A DNA stretch of 63,842 nucleotides, the filler included, from Collodictyon triciliatum (Eukaryota), in assembly GCA_043381765.1 (NCBI GenBank). It is 6 parts of 6 records of this genome, joined end to end, with 100 filler letters (N's around TTAATTAATTAA, not from the genome) between each part and the next. Parts side by side here need not be neighbours in the genome. Positions count along the whole stretch, not along the records: positions 16,613 to 33,105 come from JBHJMP010001547.1; positions 33,206 to 49,682 come from JBHJMP010001548.1; 4 more parts are not named here. One strand, 5' to 3'. Below the pieces are notes generated by a model. That model saw nothing but the letters and a program-made list of their open reading frames with translations, searched no databases and was not told the DNA's origin. Positions 19,421 through 33,333 of the stretch are shown in pieces. Every line of letters begins with the position of its first letter. Positions within the stretch are counted from its first letter, which is position 1. Both the position numbers and the translations under genes were made by a program.

Positions 19421-19610
19421 GGTCTAAATTACAAGAGGTCTAAATTACAAGAGGTCTAAATTACAAGAGGAAGAAAATGAAAGGGAAAGAGAGAAAGAGA
19501 GAAAGAGAGAAAGAGAGAAAGAGAGAAAGAGAGAAAGAGAGAAAGAGAGAAAGAGAGAAAGAGAGAAAGAGAGAAAGAGAGAAAGAGAGAAAGAGAAAGA
19601 AAAAGAGAGA
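19421..19610. repeat. 16-bp unit (GGTCTAAATTACAAGA) x3 followed by a (GAAAGAGA)n microsatellite
   Basis: Visible directly in the intergenic region between the divergent M16 peptidase and PSD genes. Confidence 0.9.
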
Positions 19611-20479
19611 GATTACTATAAAGGCGGAAAGCTGATTGAGAATGATTCTTTTCCAAACAAGGTGCTTCTGAAGCGAGCCTGCCGCCTTCTCAACCTCGTG
19701 GGCAATCGCAAAAAATATAAAATAAAATCGGCCGAGTGAGGCGATAAGATAGAAAAGCAGATCGATCTCGAAAGCTTTGTAGAAAGATCCAAGAAATCAG
19801 TTTATGCATGCTTATCTGAAAATACAAATATGGAAAATATATAANNNNNNNNNNNNNNNNNNNNNNNNNNNNNNNNNNNNNNNNNNNNNNNNNNNNNNNN
19901 NNNNNNNNNNNNNNNNNNNNNNNNNNNNNNNNNNNNNNNNNNNNNNNNNNNNNNNNNNNNNNNNNNNNNNNNNNNNNNNNNNNNNNNNNNNNNNNNNNNN
20001 NNNNNNNNNNNNNNNNNNNNNNNNNNNNNNNNNNNNNNNNNNNNNNNNNNNNNNNNNNNNNNNNNNNNNNNNNNNNNNNNNNNNNNNNNNNNNNNNNNNN
20101 NNNNNNNNNNNNNNNNNNNNNNNNNNNNNNNNNNNNNNNNNNNNNNNNNNNNNNNNNNNNNNNNNNNNNNNNNNNNNNNNNNNNNNNNNNNNNNNNNNNN
20201 NNNNNNNNNNNNNNNNNNNNNNNNNNNNNNNNNNNNNNNNNNNNNNNNNNNNNNNNNNNNNNNNNNNNNNNNNNNNNNNNNNNNNNNNNNNNNNNNNNNN
20301 NNNNNNNNNNNNNNNNNNNNNACGGCGTATATTGCCCCAAAAACCAACAGACATTAACCCTGTTGTCTGCACCGACTTGCCGTACTGACATATCATTCCC
20401 CTGTCCCCGACTTTATAGGAAATCAAGCACCAAACAAAAACAAAAACAAAAACTTAGTCACCAACGGATCGACATTCTT

Positions 20480-23400
20480 ATGGGTGGTGCTGTCTGCAAA
20501 ACAAAGAAGCCGGAGACTACGGTTGCTCGTGAAATCTCACTCCCAGATGTTGGAGTCATCTGTGTCACAAGTGCGTCATGTTCAGTTGATGCGTTGGCCT
20601 GTTGCTATTTCATTCTATCAACCCACCGCTTTAACATTCTCTCCAAACACCATCTTAAACTTCTTTCTATTGGCCTCCTTTGCAACTCCACTCCTCTAGC
20701 TTGAGAACTTATCTCTATGGACGAGCTTTTCTTTTTTGATTCCTCTGTCCTTAAATGTCATGCTCGATCATTCTGAGACTATGATCTTAATGAGTTTACC
20801 ATACATTACTAACCTTACCTATAACATGGTTTCCAGTTATACAGGCCGAGTTTATGAAGCTCAAGGGCAAGGGTACGTCCCAAACCATTATTGTCATATT
20901 ATTTTAGCGTAAATAACGCATCTCACGATTTCGGTTGAGGAAGAAAAGAAACGAGTGTGAAAGCATTAAGTCTTAAGTACTTATGATACAATATCTGAGT
21001 CTAGAGTCTAGTCTCCACACTCTACTAATAGTAGTGTAAATTATCCTACCATTGACCTATTGCAAAATTTTAATTGTGCCAATTACGATAGAAAATAATG
21101 ACCCATTCTTTGTGATTACACTTGGCACGAGAACCTTCAGAACTAAGACTGTTCGAAATGCCTCAGGCGTATGGAATCAAAAGATCGTCATGTAATTTTA
21201 ATGAATATAAATTGTTTTAGATACTAAGCTGAAATAAAAATAAACATATGGTTACTTGCCAGTTTATTGAAATATTGTGTTCTATGTCAGAATAAAAAAT
21301 ATCGATATCTTTCTAGAAAGCACTTGAAGCTGAAGATGTCTTTATCAATGAACTAACTGTATCACTTTCATAATAAAAGCCCCTTGGACAGCCCGACGAT
21401 TGGTTATAAGCTGAAGTTGTCATTATATGACCACGACGATTTCAGTAAAAATGACTTTCTGGCTTCGGAGTTTTTTGATACCGAGGTGATTTGAGAGAAC
21501 TTTTCTGGTTTATTGAATTTGTGTCTGATATCCAACATCTAATTTTTCAATAAAAGAAAACCACCATTATGACCTATAAATATTGCAAATATGCAGAAAT
21601 TAATGGCCGAGAAGGAGTTCAAAAATTGGGTTGAGATGAAGACACCTGCTAAAGAGGTCCTTTATTTATTTTCAGTTTAATATTATGACCGAATCATAAT
21701 GCAGTGTGCTTTTTTTTTGTCAAAACTGTCTTGAAATTCCTAATTTATAATTAATTTACATCTAGTTGATCGGAAAAGTAGAAATCAACGTGCAATATAT
21801 ACCTAAACAAGGTTTCTTTAAATAAGTTTGATAATCTGCATTCCTTAAAAATTTTTGAATAATTTAAAATTTTATTTGAAAAAAAGATGTTATTCGGAGG
21901 TTTTGGCTCTCACTTGCTAAAATCTTTGATACCGACAAGAGCAATTTCCTTGACCGGTTTGTGATGGAGTTATTACGTATTATTTTCTCTGTGTGGATAG
22001 CGTCATAATGGCCAGTTATTAAATGAAAATAACTGAATGAAACTTAGCGCTGAACTGGCCTCCTTGTTGGAATCAATGAATCATTTCATGACCGACGATG
22101 AAATTGAACAGCTGGTGAGTAAATATTCATAATTTTCACCACAAAGCATTTAATAGTATGATTTGACACAAAATATAAATATGTATTTTATAATAGAAAA
22201 TATATAAAATCGTGTTTGTTTGCAAAACATTACCATAGTTCTTACGTGCCGACAAAGACAAAGACGAAAGACTCCAGTTCCAAGAGTTTATGGACGAAAT
22301 GATGCAAAATCCGGGTAAATATGAACCGCTAGATGTATTTTAATTTCGCTGTTTGTGATTCAACTAAGCTATCTCAAATGTTGTTCATGTCTCTCATAGC
22401 CTGATTCAAAGGAGTCTGAATGTTTTTCGTTCAATTGTTCAAACTCTTTCAAAATTTTTGGCACCATAGATATGCAGAAAATATCCCTCCAGAGAGACCC
22501 TATAACCAACGAGCCAGTCTCCCTATCTGGAGAAGATACACTAGTCAGAATGGTCGCATATGTCGACGAAGATGATACTACAGCCATAGGTTTGTCGCTA
22601 TACTTTCAGCGTAACATTCATGTGGCTCAATTTTGGTATGCCTATTCATCGTCATCTGTTCACGTAACAACACTCTGTTCTGATTTTTATCTTTGAAGTC
22701 GTGAGCCGCTTTTTGTCTGAAGAACATGCGTCCAAAGGCTGGTTGTCCAGAATAGTTCAAGGAACAACTTTTAAAGAGCAAGACTTGTGTGAAAATTCAG
22801 AGTTTGTCCAATTCGTCGAGCGTAGTGTAAGCATGAGACATTCTGGATTATAATACATAATTGCATCGTTATACCATTTGGTTCCATACTCTCTGGTAAT
22901 TAATCTTTGCTTTTGTATTTATATTGTTAGACGGGTGAAGTAAAGCAGGAATTGATACCCACTTACATCAAACTCGCCATGAGAATTATGTACTCTAACG
23001 TCATCGGGAAACTGCGTAAGTCAACCCCAGCGAGCACAACCTTACATTTTATTGCTATTAGGATTCATCAACGCCCGAATTGTATATTTTTTTTTATTCA
23101 GCTCCTAAATAAATACTCCTGTTGAATTCTTTTTTTTTAACATCATTCATACAATGTCAGATACTGAGAGTAAGAGCGTGAAGAAAATGCTGGCTCATCT
23201 TACCAATACCCATGGCCAAAAATACAATTCTCCAGCCAGTAAAAAGTACATCTTTAAGAAAACCTACATATGGCACCACTATATATGCAAATCGCTCGTA
23301 TTTCATCGCCTGTCTAATACAGGGAAATTCAGCACTTTGTCAAGTTCCATGGGTTAAACACAGACGAGATTCTAGAACCCATCGATAGTTTTCCAGTATG

Positions 23401-25087
23401 CTTATTTCCCTGTCCTTTATTCTTCTTATTAGCAACGTCTGTACATAGTAATCTACACCTTCACACACCGATAATAAATAGTATTTTTTTGCAGAACTTC
23501 AACGAATTCTTTTACCGAAAGTTGAAGCTCAGTGCCCGTCCTATTGCTGAAGCAGGAGTATCAGTATTGCTTTTATTTTCTCATAATATACCTACGCATA
23601 TATATCCAATTCAAAATGATATATGATGATGTTATTCCTCGCTGTGTCATCGTCTCACAGAGCCGCCTTGTTTCTCCCGCTGATTGCCGTTGTCTTGTTT
23701 TTCAGACTATCGACGAGGCGAAAAAGTGAAGCTTCAAATCTGAAATGAAAATCAAAATCTAGTTAATATTTATGACAGCTGTTGATAAAAAAAAACTGAA
23801 AAGTAAATTCATAAACTAAAATCATTGTAATTTTAATTAAATAGGATATGGGTTAAAGGAAAGCAATTCACTATAGAATCCTTATTGAATGATAAGGAAT
23901 TGGTAATTCTATTTTCAATAGTCATCCTTCAAAGCATCAAATCGTATACTAAACTTCTACTATACCGGCAGTTTGAGAAAACTGTTTGAGGCATTTGACT
24001 TTGGGGTTAACACCGGTAAATTTGAATTTAATGCGTTATGCTTCTGTAGGCGGAGCTGTATGTCGATGGGTCTATGATTATCTCGAGGTTGGCTCCCCAG
24101 GATTATCACAGATTCCATTCTCCAGTGAATTGTCGAGTAGTAGATTTTAAACCGGTTGACGGAGCATATTATACAGTTAGCTCCCATTCAATGACGTTCC
24201 CATGAATTTTTTTGTTTTGTTTTCTTTGCTTTTATAGCTGTTTATTTCTACATTTAATATAGGCGATGAAACAATGTACTCTTTAACATGACACTTGAAG
24301 TTCATTATTTCCCATTCAACCATACGTTTCTTCTGGACAAGTCTGGATAATTGGAAACAACATGATTAATTGTAAAGCACTGTTTTAGGTCAATCCAATC
24401 GCCATCAGGCAAAAGTTTGACGTCTATACGGAAAATAAACGCATTATAGGAATACTCGACAGCCCCGATTTCGGAAAAGTGATATATGTTATGATAGGTT
24501 CGTGGTATAATCGAAACATATTTACTTTAGCCACAACCACGCTGAGTAAATGCATCTATCATAATCTTACGTCTTTTCGACCTAAAATGTATTGAATTTC
24601 AGGTGCTACTATGGTGGGGTCGATTGTAACCACAGTGAAGCCTGGTGACAGCATCAAAAAGTGACCAGATTAGATGAACCTTGGATTACATATTTTCTCT
24701 TTTTTTTCGATTTCCATTATTTATTTCCTAAGACACAGACTTTGCATTATGACTTTTTTTTTTTTTAAAAAAATACCCATATGCAATTCCAGGGGTGATG
24801 AGATTGGGTACTTTGCCTTCGGAGGTTCGACGATTGTGACCCTCTTCCAGAAGAACATGGTCAAGTTTGATAAAGATCTAGTGGATAATAGTGTCAAGGT
24901 ATGCCCTCATTTTCGGCTGTTGCCCATCATTATCATCATAATCACAAACACAATCACAAACCACAATCACAAACCACAAACCACTGCGCAGCCGCTTGAA
25001 TCTCGCGTTTTCATGGGCGATTCGCTGGGTGTGTCTGCTTCGGCACAGCCCCCATCCAGCCAAGGAAAGAATACAGCGCAGGACTGA
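20480..25087 (+). CDS. PSD2: Phosphatidylserine decarboxylase, PSD2 type (C2 domain, EF-hands, catalytic domain), multi-exon
   Basis: Exons encode [13 protein letters not shown] (C2), [10 protein letters not shown] and [14 protein letters not shown] (EF-hands), [46 protein letters not shown] and [11 protein letters not shown] (GGST pyruvoyl autocleavage motif). Stop TGA at 25085-25087. Confidence 0.93.
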
Positions 25088-25499
25088 AGACTTTGAACTA
25101 TGTCCAATTAAAGAAAAGATGCCATTCTCGAACAGGCAAATCTAGTGACGTCCACAATAGGGCACTCCTTTCCGTGGAAATGTGACGAATAGATCCAAAA
25201 TAATGCCGACCCATTCTTGGAAATTGGCTGCTCTGGCGAACAGGTCTTGGCTGAACATGGAGACTCAGATTTGCGTGTGGTGCCTTGCGCGGCCAAATTA
25301 GAGCAACAAAGGGTCAGCCTATTGTGGATTTTCGATTCCACAATTGCATAAATACTTTTATTTTCCAGTTAAGTATAAGTTCAAAGAAACGTCCGTTGAA
25401 ACTGGCCAAAGCATTCCTTTTTCTCTTTGTAAATTTTTTTCATTGGTTTTTATTTATTGATCAGGGTTTATTTTCTTTGGTTAATATTTTTGTTGAGCG

Positions 25500-25711
25500 A
25501 TGAGTTCTCCAGAAAACGCTTCTCTCATTTCAACATCGCTACGCCCGCATAATTCGAGGCAAAGAATCGTAGACACCCCACAAAAACACATGTGTCCAAC
25601 ACATGAAGCCTGCGATCTTTGTCCCAACCCGCCGCAAGAAAAAAACTCAACAAAACAAAAACAAAAACAAAAACAAAAACAAAAACAAAAACAAAAACAA
25701 AAACAAAAACA

Positions 25712-25745
<34 letters not shown>

Positions 25746-28700
25746 AAAAAACAAAAAACAAAAAACAAAAAACAAAAAACAAAAAACAAAAAACAAAAAA
25801 CAAAAAACAAAAACAAAAACAAAAACAAAAACAAAAACAAAAAAAAAAAAACAAAAACAAAAAACAAAAAACAAAAAAAAAAAAACAAAAAACAAAAAAC
25901 AAAAAACAAAAAACAAAAAACAAAAAACAAAAAACAATAAACGATAAACAAAAAAAAAAATACGACGGAAAGCCGAAAACACTAACACGCTCAATACATG
26001 TTTATTTGAAGTATCCTTAGAATTTACATAATAATATGAAAATATTGAAACACAAAATAGATCGATTGTTCAAAATGCTCTGGGGGTTGTTATGACAAGG
26101 CCTGGTGGAACGCGAAAGTCAAGCATAGGACCCATTAGCGTTCCTAATATTTTTCGAGCAAAGCCGGCATCAGTTAAAGTCACACAAGTAGCTCCATCTG
26201 ATACCCTTCCCAACCATACACAATGTAGTGAGCTTAATCAGACATCAAATATGGCCAGCTCTGATGTTCAAGGTACAGAAGCTGAAGAAGTTGATATGAA
26301 TCCTCCCGAGCCTGCCTTCCAATCACGCAGTCACATACCAGAATCAACAGATGATACAAAGCAATCGAACCAAATATCTGAAGAACCGAAGCGTGCCGAA
26401 GAGAATACCCCAGCATCATTACCACAGTCTTCCACCGCCATAGAGCCCGAGCTGTCATTATCTTTGAATGCAACACAAACATCTATTCTAGCTGTCTCTA
26501 GTGAATCATCTGAATCGCGCAGTTCTTTGAACGAAGTCGAGCCAGAAACAGCCAAACCTGCGCCGTCTAGTCACCCCGAAGCTAGGACGCTTCGAGAAAT
26601 TCGCATGGTCCGACACGGAAAGCAAAAAGTTCCGTCTCTTTCACCAGTCATCTCTCAGCCAGACACATCTCCTTACATCGGCCCTCGTGATGGCCATGCA
26701 GAAAAAATTGTTTTGGAGCCATTAAAAATCGTTGTTCCTCCAATTGAGCCTCTCGTGCCAGTTAATCCACGCCGACTTCAAGAAAGGGATGATGCCATTC
26801 CGTCTATTCTGGTTGTTGAGGATAATCCACAATCCACAGAGGAAAAAAGCAGACAGAACATTCCCGCAAACCCTGGTCTGAACTCGTCTTCAGAGTTGTC
26901 ATCCACTAGCTTGGACAAATCAGCATCGCCCTCTGACGGCCGCAAGTATGAAGCAGTCGTCCCTAAACACATCAAGTTGCTACAGGCCATAAACCACAGA
27001 CCACAGTCACCAGGAGGGAACTTGCTGGGTTCATCAAGAGGAAGCTCGTTTGCAAATTTTGTTCTTTCCTTTACTCGAATGAATTCGATGAACAAGAGCA
27101 ATACCTTACTGAACCCAAATGACCCAGCACAAGCAGGCCCTGCTGTTCGTAAGTATCAGCCACTTTCACAGGAGGAAATCGAAGCTAAAAGAGAAAAATT
27201 TATGAAAATTCACGCGATGAGAGAGATACAAAAAGAACAACAAAGAAAACAGGAAGAGCAGAAAGAGCTTCAAGCAACACTGTCCCTGGTATGTAATATT
27301 TCAATATGTTTCTCTTGCATGCTGTGCAAACATGACGCTAGTTTTCTCTTATGCGTCTGACATTTCCTTTTTTTTTTTGTATTCTTCTATTTCTTCTTTG
27401 GTTGTTCTAAGAGTATTAATAATTATCGATTCCATCTCAGGAAGAAGAGAATCAGCCGGTAGAATTGACAATTAACGATCTTCAAATCAAATATTCAAAG
27501 AAAAAAGATTTTGTGGAGGGTAAATCAAAACAACATATGAAGTTAATGTAACACATGCGGTAATTTCATATAGTATATTTTAACTATTTTCTCTTAATCT
27601 CATATTCTCAGTGCGGTCCGATTCAATTACACTACTTGGCGCAATGACAGCGGGATTCGTCGCACATGGAGTCGGTATTCAACCTGTTCCGTTACCAAAG
27701 CCATTCGTCTTGCTTCAAGAATCCAGAACAAGACGAGCACTCACACTGCTAACTATTATTGTATGAGCTTTAGATAATCTACCCGAGGATTCTCATTATG
27801 TTTCTTTCCCCATATACATTATGAATAACAATTTCTATATGTAATAAAAGTAGTTTTGACAATTATTTACCTCCACCCCAATAATGTTTTGGGTAAAATC
27901 CAGGCCACTGTCTATAATATTTGGGCCATACCATTTCAAATAGGATTTCATGATGATATTGGATGGAGGCTGATGCCAGTAGATTACTCATTTGATTTTA
28001 TCTTTGTTGTGGATATTATTGCCAATTTTTACACCTCTTTTACCGATGAGGATGGAAAAAGGTTCACATTAATAATTTTTCGTTCCTTTTCTCCTTTTGG
28101 TGAGAGTCATCATTTGCATGCGTAGAATTCAAAATAGTCTTTCTATATATTAAACTAAACTATTCGCACACGACAGTTTTAATCACTTTTTTTTATTAAA
28201 AAAACTGAGCAGAGTCGTAAATCCTTTTGTTATCCGAAGACGCTATGTTGAAAGCTGGTTATTCTTGGATTTGTTTGCCAGCATCCCTCTCGACCTATTG
28301 GCCATCGCTTTTGGAACACGAATTATGGGCCTTCTTCGAATCCCACGAATTTTCCGTTTCTTTCGTTTGTTGCAATATACAAATACACTGGAGCAGAAGC
28401 TGCAGCTGAATCCATCCACATTTCGCATATGTAAATTATTTGCTCTCTTCCTGTTTTTCTCCCACACATTCGCGTGCATATGGTACATAGTACCAGAGTT
28501 AGTCGATAGCAAAGACAAGTGGTGGGAGGAGAAAGATGTCAGTAAGTCCGAATTCATTTTCACATGCAAGTACCCATATAAATATCCGTGTATACCGAAT
28601 ACTTTGATTTCTGACCTTCAAGTACTAGTAATGATACCCAAATTCAAAACCAACACAGACCACGCATCTTTGTTCACAAAGTATGTTACTTGCTTCTACT

Positions 28701-31599
28701 TTGCTATGACGACAGTGTGCACCATCGGGTTTGGTGATATCACTGCAAAGTCTGATGGAGAAAAGCAGTTCATGATTGTTGGTAAGTATGATGACAAGCA
28801 GGGACTTCCTTGAACATGGACATACTTTAGTTTTTTTTTTTTGATAAGAACAATAATCTTATTTCGATCAATAATTCGTATGCAAAGTTATGCTGATGGG
28901 CTCTGCAATATACTCAACTGTGTTTGGAAGCATGGTCACCCTGGTTTCCTCCCTCAATGTTGACGTACAGGCAAATAGGTATATTATATATATTTTGTAA
29001 AGTAAGCAGCCAACTAGGAACCTTTTCGATTGTTCCGTATTTTGATTTCTTACTGAACTCATCCACTTTATTAATCTCCAGACAAAAGCTGACGAACCTA
29101 GAAGAGTATATGAATCTTAGAGACATTCCGCCAGACCTGAGAGATAGGATTCGTCACTACTATGACATCATATGGACGAGACACAAGGTTATTTCTATAT
29201 ATTTCATATATTTTTGCTACGGGCGTTTGTCTCCTGCCTTATCATCAAGTGAATAAAAATCCCCTCTCTTGTCGTGTCCAAAATAACCTGATCTTCCAAA
29301 CTGCTTATCTAGGGACTAAACGAAGGCCAGATTCTTAATCAACTGCCTTACAACCTGAGGTCTGAAGTCGCTCTATTTTTGTATAAAGATACATTGTTGA
29401 AGGTAGTCCTTTCTTTTACTTTTTTATTTGTTGAAAGAACCATCATCGCCAAAATCAAGAGATAATTAAATCAAACACACATGCTATCTTATGGTTCACT
29501 CACTCACTCATTCACTTAACCAAAAAGATAATATTCACTTCAGCAAAATCATTTATAGGTTAATATTTTTCAAGGAATCAATAACATAAGTTTTATAAAT
29601 TCTATTGTGCTGATGCTTCGCCCCCAAATGGCTCTGCCTGGAGAGTATATTATTCGACAAGGTTTGACCTTTGCATGAGTAACCATGAAGATATTTTTTC
29701 TGCAGTCTTAAACACGCATTATGTTCTGCTCGAAGCCTTACTTGATGCAAAATTAATACTTATGAAGTCGAAAAATGTGAATTGTTCTTGAGCCAATTTT
29801 ATTGATATTAAAATTTGATTTTAGACGAGATTGGAAAGGAAATGTATTTTATTGTCAATGGGGAGGTCGACATCGTTGCCAATGGAAACCTTGTCTCAAA
29901 GTAAATTCATTACTCAAAGAATGAAACTCAATCATTTCTACCCTCTGACTCTATGGCGCTCTTTCATACGAACCGCTTTTTCCTAAATCTTCAATTCATT
30001 CGTAGACTTTCTTCAGGGGCGTATTTCGGAGAAATCAGCCTTATATTTTCCCAAAAAAGAACAGCATCTGTGATCGCATCAGAGTACTGTGAACTCTTGA
30101 TGTTGACAAAGGTTTTGCTGAACCTGTTGAACTTTCTTTTAGGCTGAAGATATTATCAATCGAGCCTTCTTTCCAAATAACTAGACAATGAATCAAATAC
30201 ACTTTTTTTTTTTATAACGCAGAAAAACCTCGACGAAGTCCTGGATGTATTCCCTGAATATTCGTCTATGTTCAGATCCATAGCGAAAGAAAGAATGAAG
30301 TATTGATTTTGGATTCCTTTCTTGGAGATTTTTTTTTCTGCGGAATGAACGTCGAATTGATTCTTGAAAAAAAAGAAAGGCCTCACCTGTGTACCCTATA
30401 TTGAACTTTTAAATTTTCTAGGCAGCAAACTTTCCATTCTGATAAAAACATCGTCATGAACCACGTAGAGCGGCAAAGTCAAATATGGAGTAAAATAAAG
30501 AGAGGTCTTAAGTTTGGGGAATCACGGATGAGGTTAAATGTTACTATAATCCTTTAATTTATAAATAAAAATGTATCCAATATCACTTTCATTAACACCT
30601 GGTTGGCGTTTTGCACGTTCGTCTATTTTTTTCTATCATTTCCTTTCACCTGTTTCATGGAATGGTCACATCGAAGCTGTATCATAACCACTATATATTA
30701 ATGAACGAAAACTATTTTTAATTCGATATACGTTACGTAAAATAGATCGACTTCGATGGGAAAGGACGATGTAAGTTTATCTTTTGACCTGTAATATTAT
30801 CCTATGCCCATATCATCTATCAAGGTTAGGGTTATCCTAATATTTGTGACCTAATGATTGGCACTCCAAAAAAAAAATATTCGAATAGGGAACAAGCTCG
30901 CCGATTGTCAGAGCAACATCTAATAGTGACAAGGATGATGTACGAAAGAAGAAAAAAACCTGCTCTGACTATTGTGTTCCCCAAATACAATTGATTGTGC
31001 ATACTATGACTCTTACACCCCTTTTTTTTATTCACCTCTTCGTGCAAAATTTTTTTCATTACTGAGGCTAATCAAGCTCAATCGGCAATGGCTTGTAGCA
31101 ATCGTCTCAGCCTCGGACACCTGTTCTGCGGAGCGATTCGCCTTTCATGAAAGCTCGTGGACTTTTCGAATTTGGCAAAGGATTGATAAAGACACCGACA
31201 TCGCCATATCTTGCAAGCGAGCCGAAATTGCCCAGCTCCCCCTTAGTGGGCTCATTCTTTTCCAAAGAACGGAGTCTTATGCAAAAAGAGGCCTCACCTG
31301 ACGACTCATTACCTGGCACATCAGCACCAGCACCAGAATTACTCGCATCTGCAAACAAATCAAAAGCTGTATCTGACATGCAATCATCAACAAAGTCCAT
31401 CCAACTTCCGATTAGTCTACCGTCAAACATGTCGCTTTTCAGAGAGGACGAACCGGATGCGCCAAAAACAGACACAACTGCGAGTCTACCGAAACAGGAA
31501 CAGAGGACAAGCACAGCCACATCGGCAGCAGTGGGAGAAAGAGCTTCAGCTTATCACATCGTTTCTGAAATCATTCACTTGGATAGCCACGACACATGA
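25500..31599 (+). CDS. Cyclic-nucleotide-binding-domain cation channel (EAG/CNG/KAT-like), multi-exon
   Basis: S2 VDIIANFYTSF, S3 DLFASIPLD, S4 LLRIPRIFRFFRL, pore TTVCTIGFGDI (~28710-28745), C-linker LRDRIRHYY and LPYNLRSEV, CNBD YFGEISLIFSQKRTASV. Both termini are long and disordered. The start could be 25500 or 26092. Confidence 0.9.
25649..25937. repeat. (CAAAAA/CAAAAAA)n microsatellite
   Basis: Visible directly; probably intronic in the channel gene. Confidence 0.95.
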
Positions 31600-32920
31600 C
31601 AAACGATTGCCACTCATCTCCTTCTCATCTCGCCTCTTCCACCATATTGTACTATGGAGTCATAATGAAGAAATATTGCCTGATAATTAATAAATATCAA
31701 AGATAAAAGTAAGGAAGATGATCTTGTGTTCTCCAGAGCCATCCCTCAAAATAGACACAATGCTGCAAGCTAAATGAAAGGGATGTCTGGACAATTTTCT
31801 TTTGTCTCCTTTGAAAGTTGCTCCTTTGCCCACGAATTCGTAGTGCATTGTGACTTTCAAAAGAGCGAAATTAAACGCCTATACCCCATGCATCCCAGAA
31901 GGAATCAAATCCGACTGCAAGCAGGTCTTGAATCGACATGAGTAAGACAACGCCTTTCATAGTTTAAACCATAACAATACAAAAAACAAAAACAAAAACA
32001 ATACAAAAAACAAAAACAAAACGCAAGGACAGATACGTAAGGGCATACCTGGATTAGCCCTATTTTAATCTGCTCTAAATCTGCCCTGATCCGCTCCTTT
32101 GAACCCTACATCATCACACGTCATCCTGATGCCATCCCGCGCAATCCGCAGACGCTTTGACACGCAAACACAGCATCACAAAGCCACAAACCCGAAACAC
32201 AAACACGCCAAAAACGAGACAGGCAGACACAGAACGGGGATTCCAGGATTCCCAAGTACCTGTATTTTCCGCAATTGGAAACGATGTAGTATTCTCATGG
32301 CAAGAATCGGCCAAAAATCTAATCAGAAAGAAGCCTTCTTGTCTATTTCTTTTAACCATTGCGTTGTGTGGCTCCACTGTATCGGTTATTTTCTTGCCGC
32401 GATTTGCCATGGGAGGCCGTGCGGGGCGCAAGGTAGAGGAAAGCGCCCAGAGACAGAGACAAAGCGAGTCTTTGAATAACTGCTGTGGCGGAGAAATGGG
32501 AGAAAGCAGCACCAAATATGTTGTTTTAACAAAGGAACCTACTAAAAAAAAGAAAAAGAAAAAGAAAAAGAAAAAGAAAAAGAAAAAGAAAAAGAAAAAG
32601 AAAAAGAAAAAGAAAAAGAAAAAGAAAAAGAAAAAGAGAAAAAAAGACTCTGAAGTTTCCCCCTTAGTTTCCTTGATCTTTTGATTCAAACGAACCCGAC
32701 CTCGCAAGCATTTTTCACAAGCCTGTTCTGCTGGCTACCTCAGGTCTTCATACCCGAATGAAATTGGACGAAATGGTCGACCTTCTTCAACCACGGGTCC
32801 TACTCGCCGCTGGTATCGGTGCTTTCTTCGTCATCGTTTTCTTCGCCCTCCAAGGAAATAAGAAACGCAGCGTTAAAGTAATCAAATAATATATCAAAAA
32901 AATTGAGTAAAACACATAGT

Positions 32921-33105
32921 AAAAACACATAATAAAAACACATAATAAAAACACATAATAAAAACACATAATAAAAACACATAATAAAAACACATAATAA
33001 AAACACATAATAAAAACACATAATAAAAACACATAATAAAAACACATAATAAAAACACATAATAAAAACACATAATAAAAACACATAATAAAAACACATA
33101 ATAAA
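32921..33105. repeat. 13-bp minisatellite (AAAACACATAATA)n at contig end
   Basis: About 14 perfect units running into the linker. Confidence 0.95.
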
Positions 33106-33205
33106 NNNNNNNNNNNNNNNNNNNNNNNNNNNNNNNNNNNNNNNNNNNNTTAATTAATTAANNNNNNNNNNNNNNNNNNNNNNNNNNNNNNNNNNNNNNN
33201 NNNNN

Positions 33206-33323
33206 TCCTATTACTATTACTATTACTATTCCTATTCCTATTCCTATTCCTATTCCTATTCCTATTCCTATTCCTATTCCTATTCCTATTCCTATTCCTA
33301 TTCCTATTCCTATTCCTATTCCT
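33206..33323. repeat. (TATTCC)n microsatellite; the same motif ends this contig at 49585-49682
   Basis: Visible directly at both contig ends. Confidence 0.95.
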
Positions 33324-33333
33324 GTTCTCACAG

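Noticed and set aside
19690-20426. ORFs spanning N gaps (also 55331-55989)
   Set aside because: Artefacts of translating N runs.
25481-26020. K/Q/N/T-rich and F/C/V-rich ORFs (also at 32114-33099, 34354-34752, 41833-42309, 44994-45291)
   Set aside because: Translations of stop-free microsatellites.
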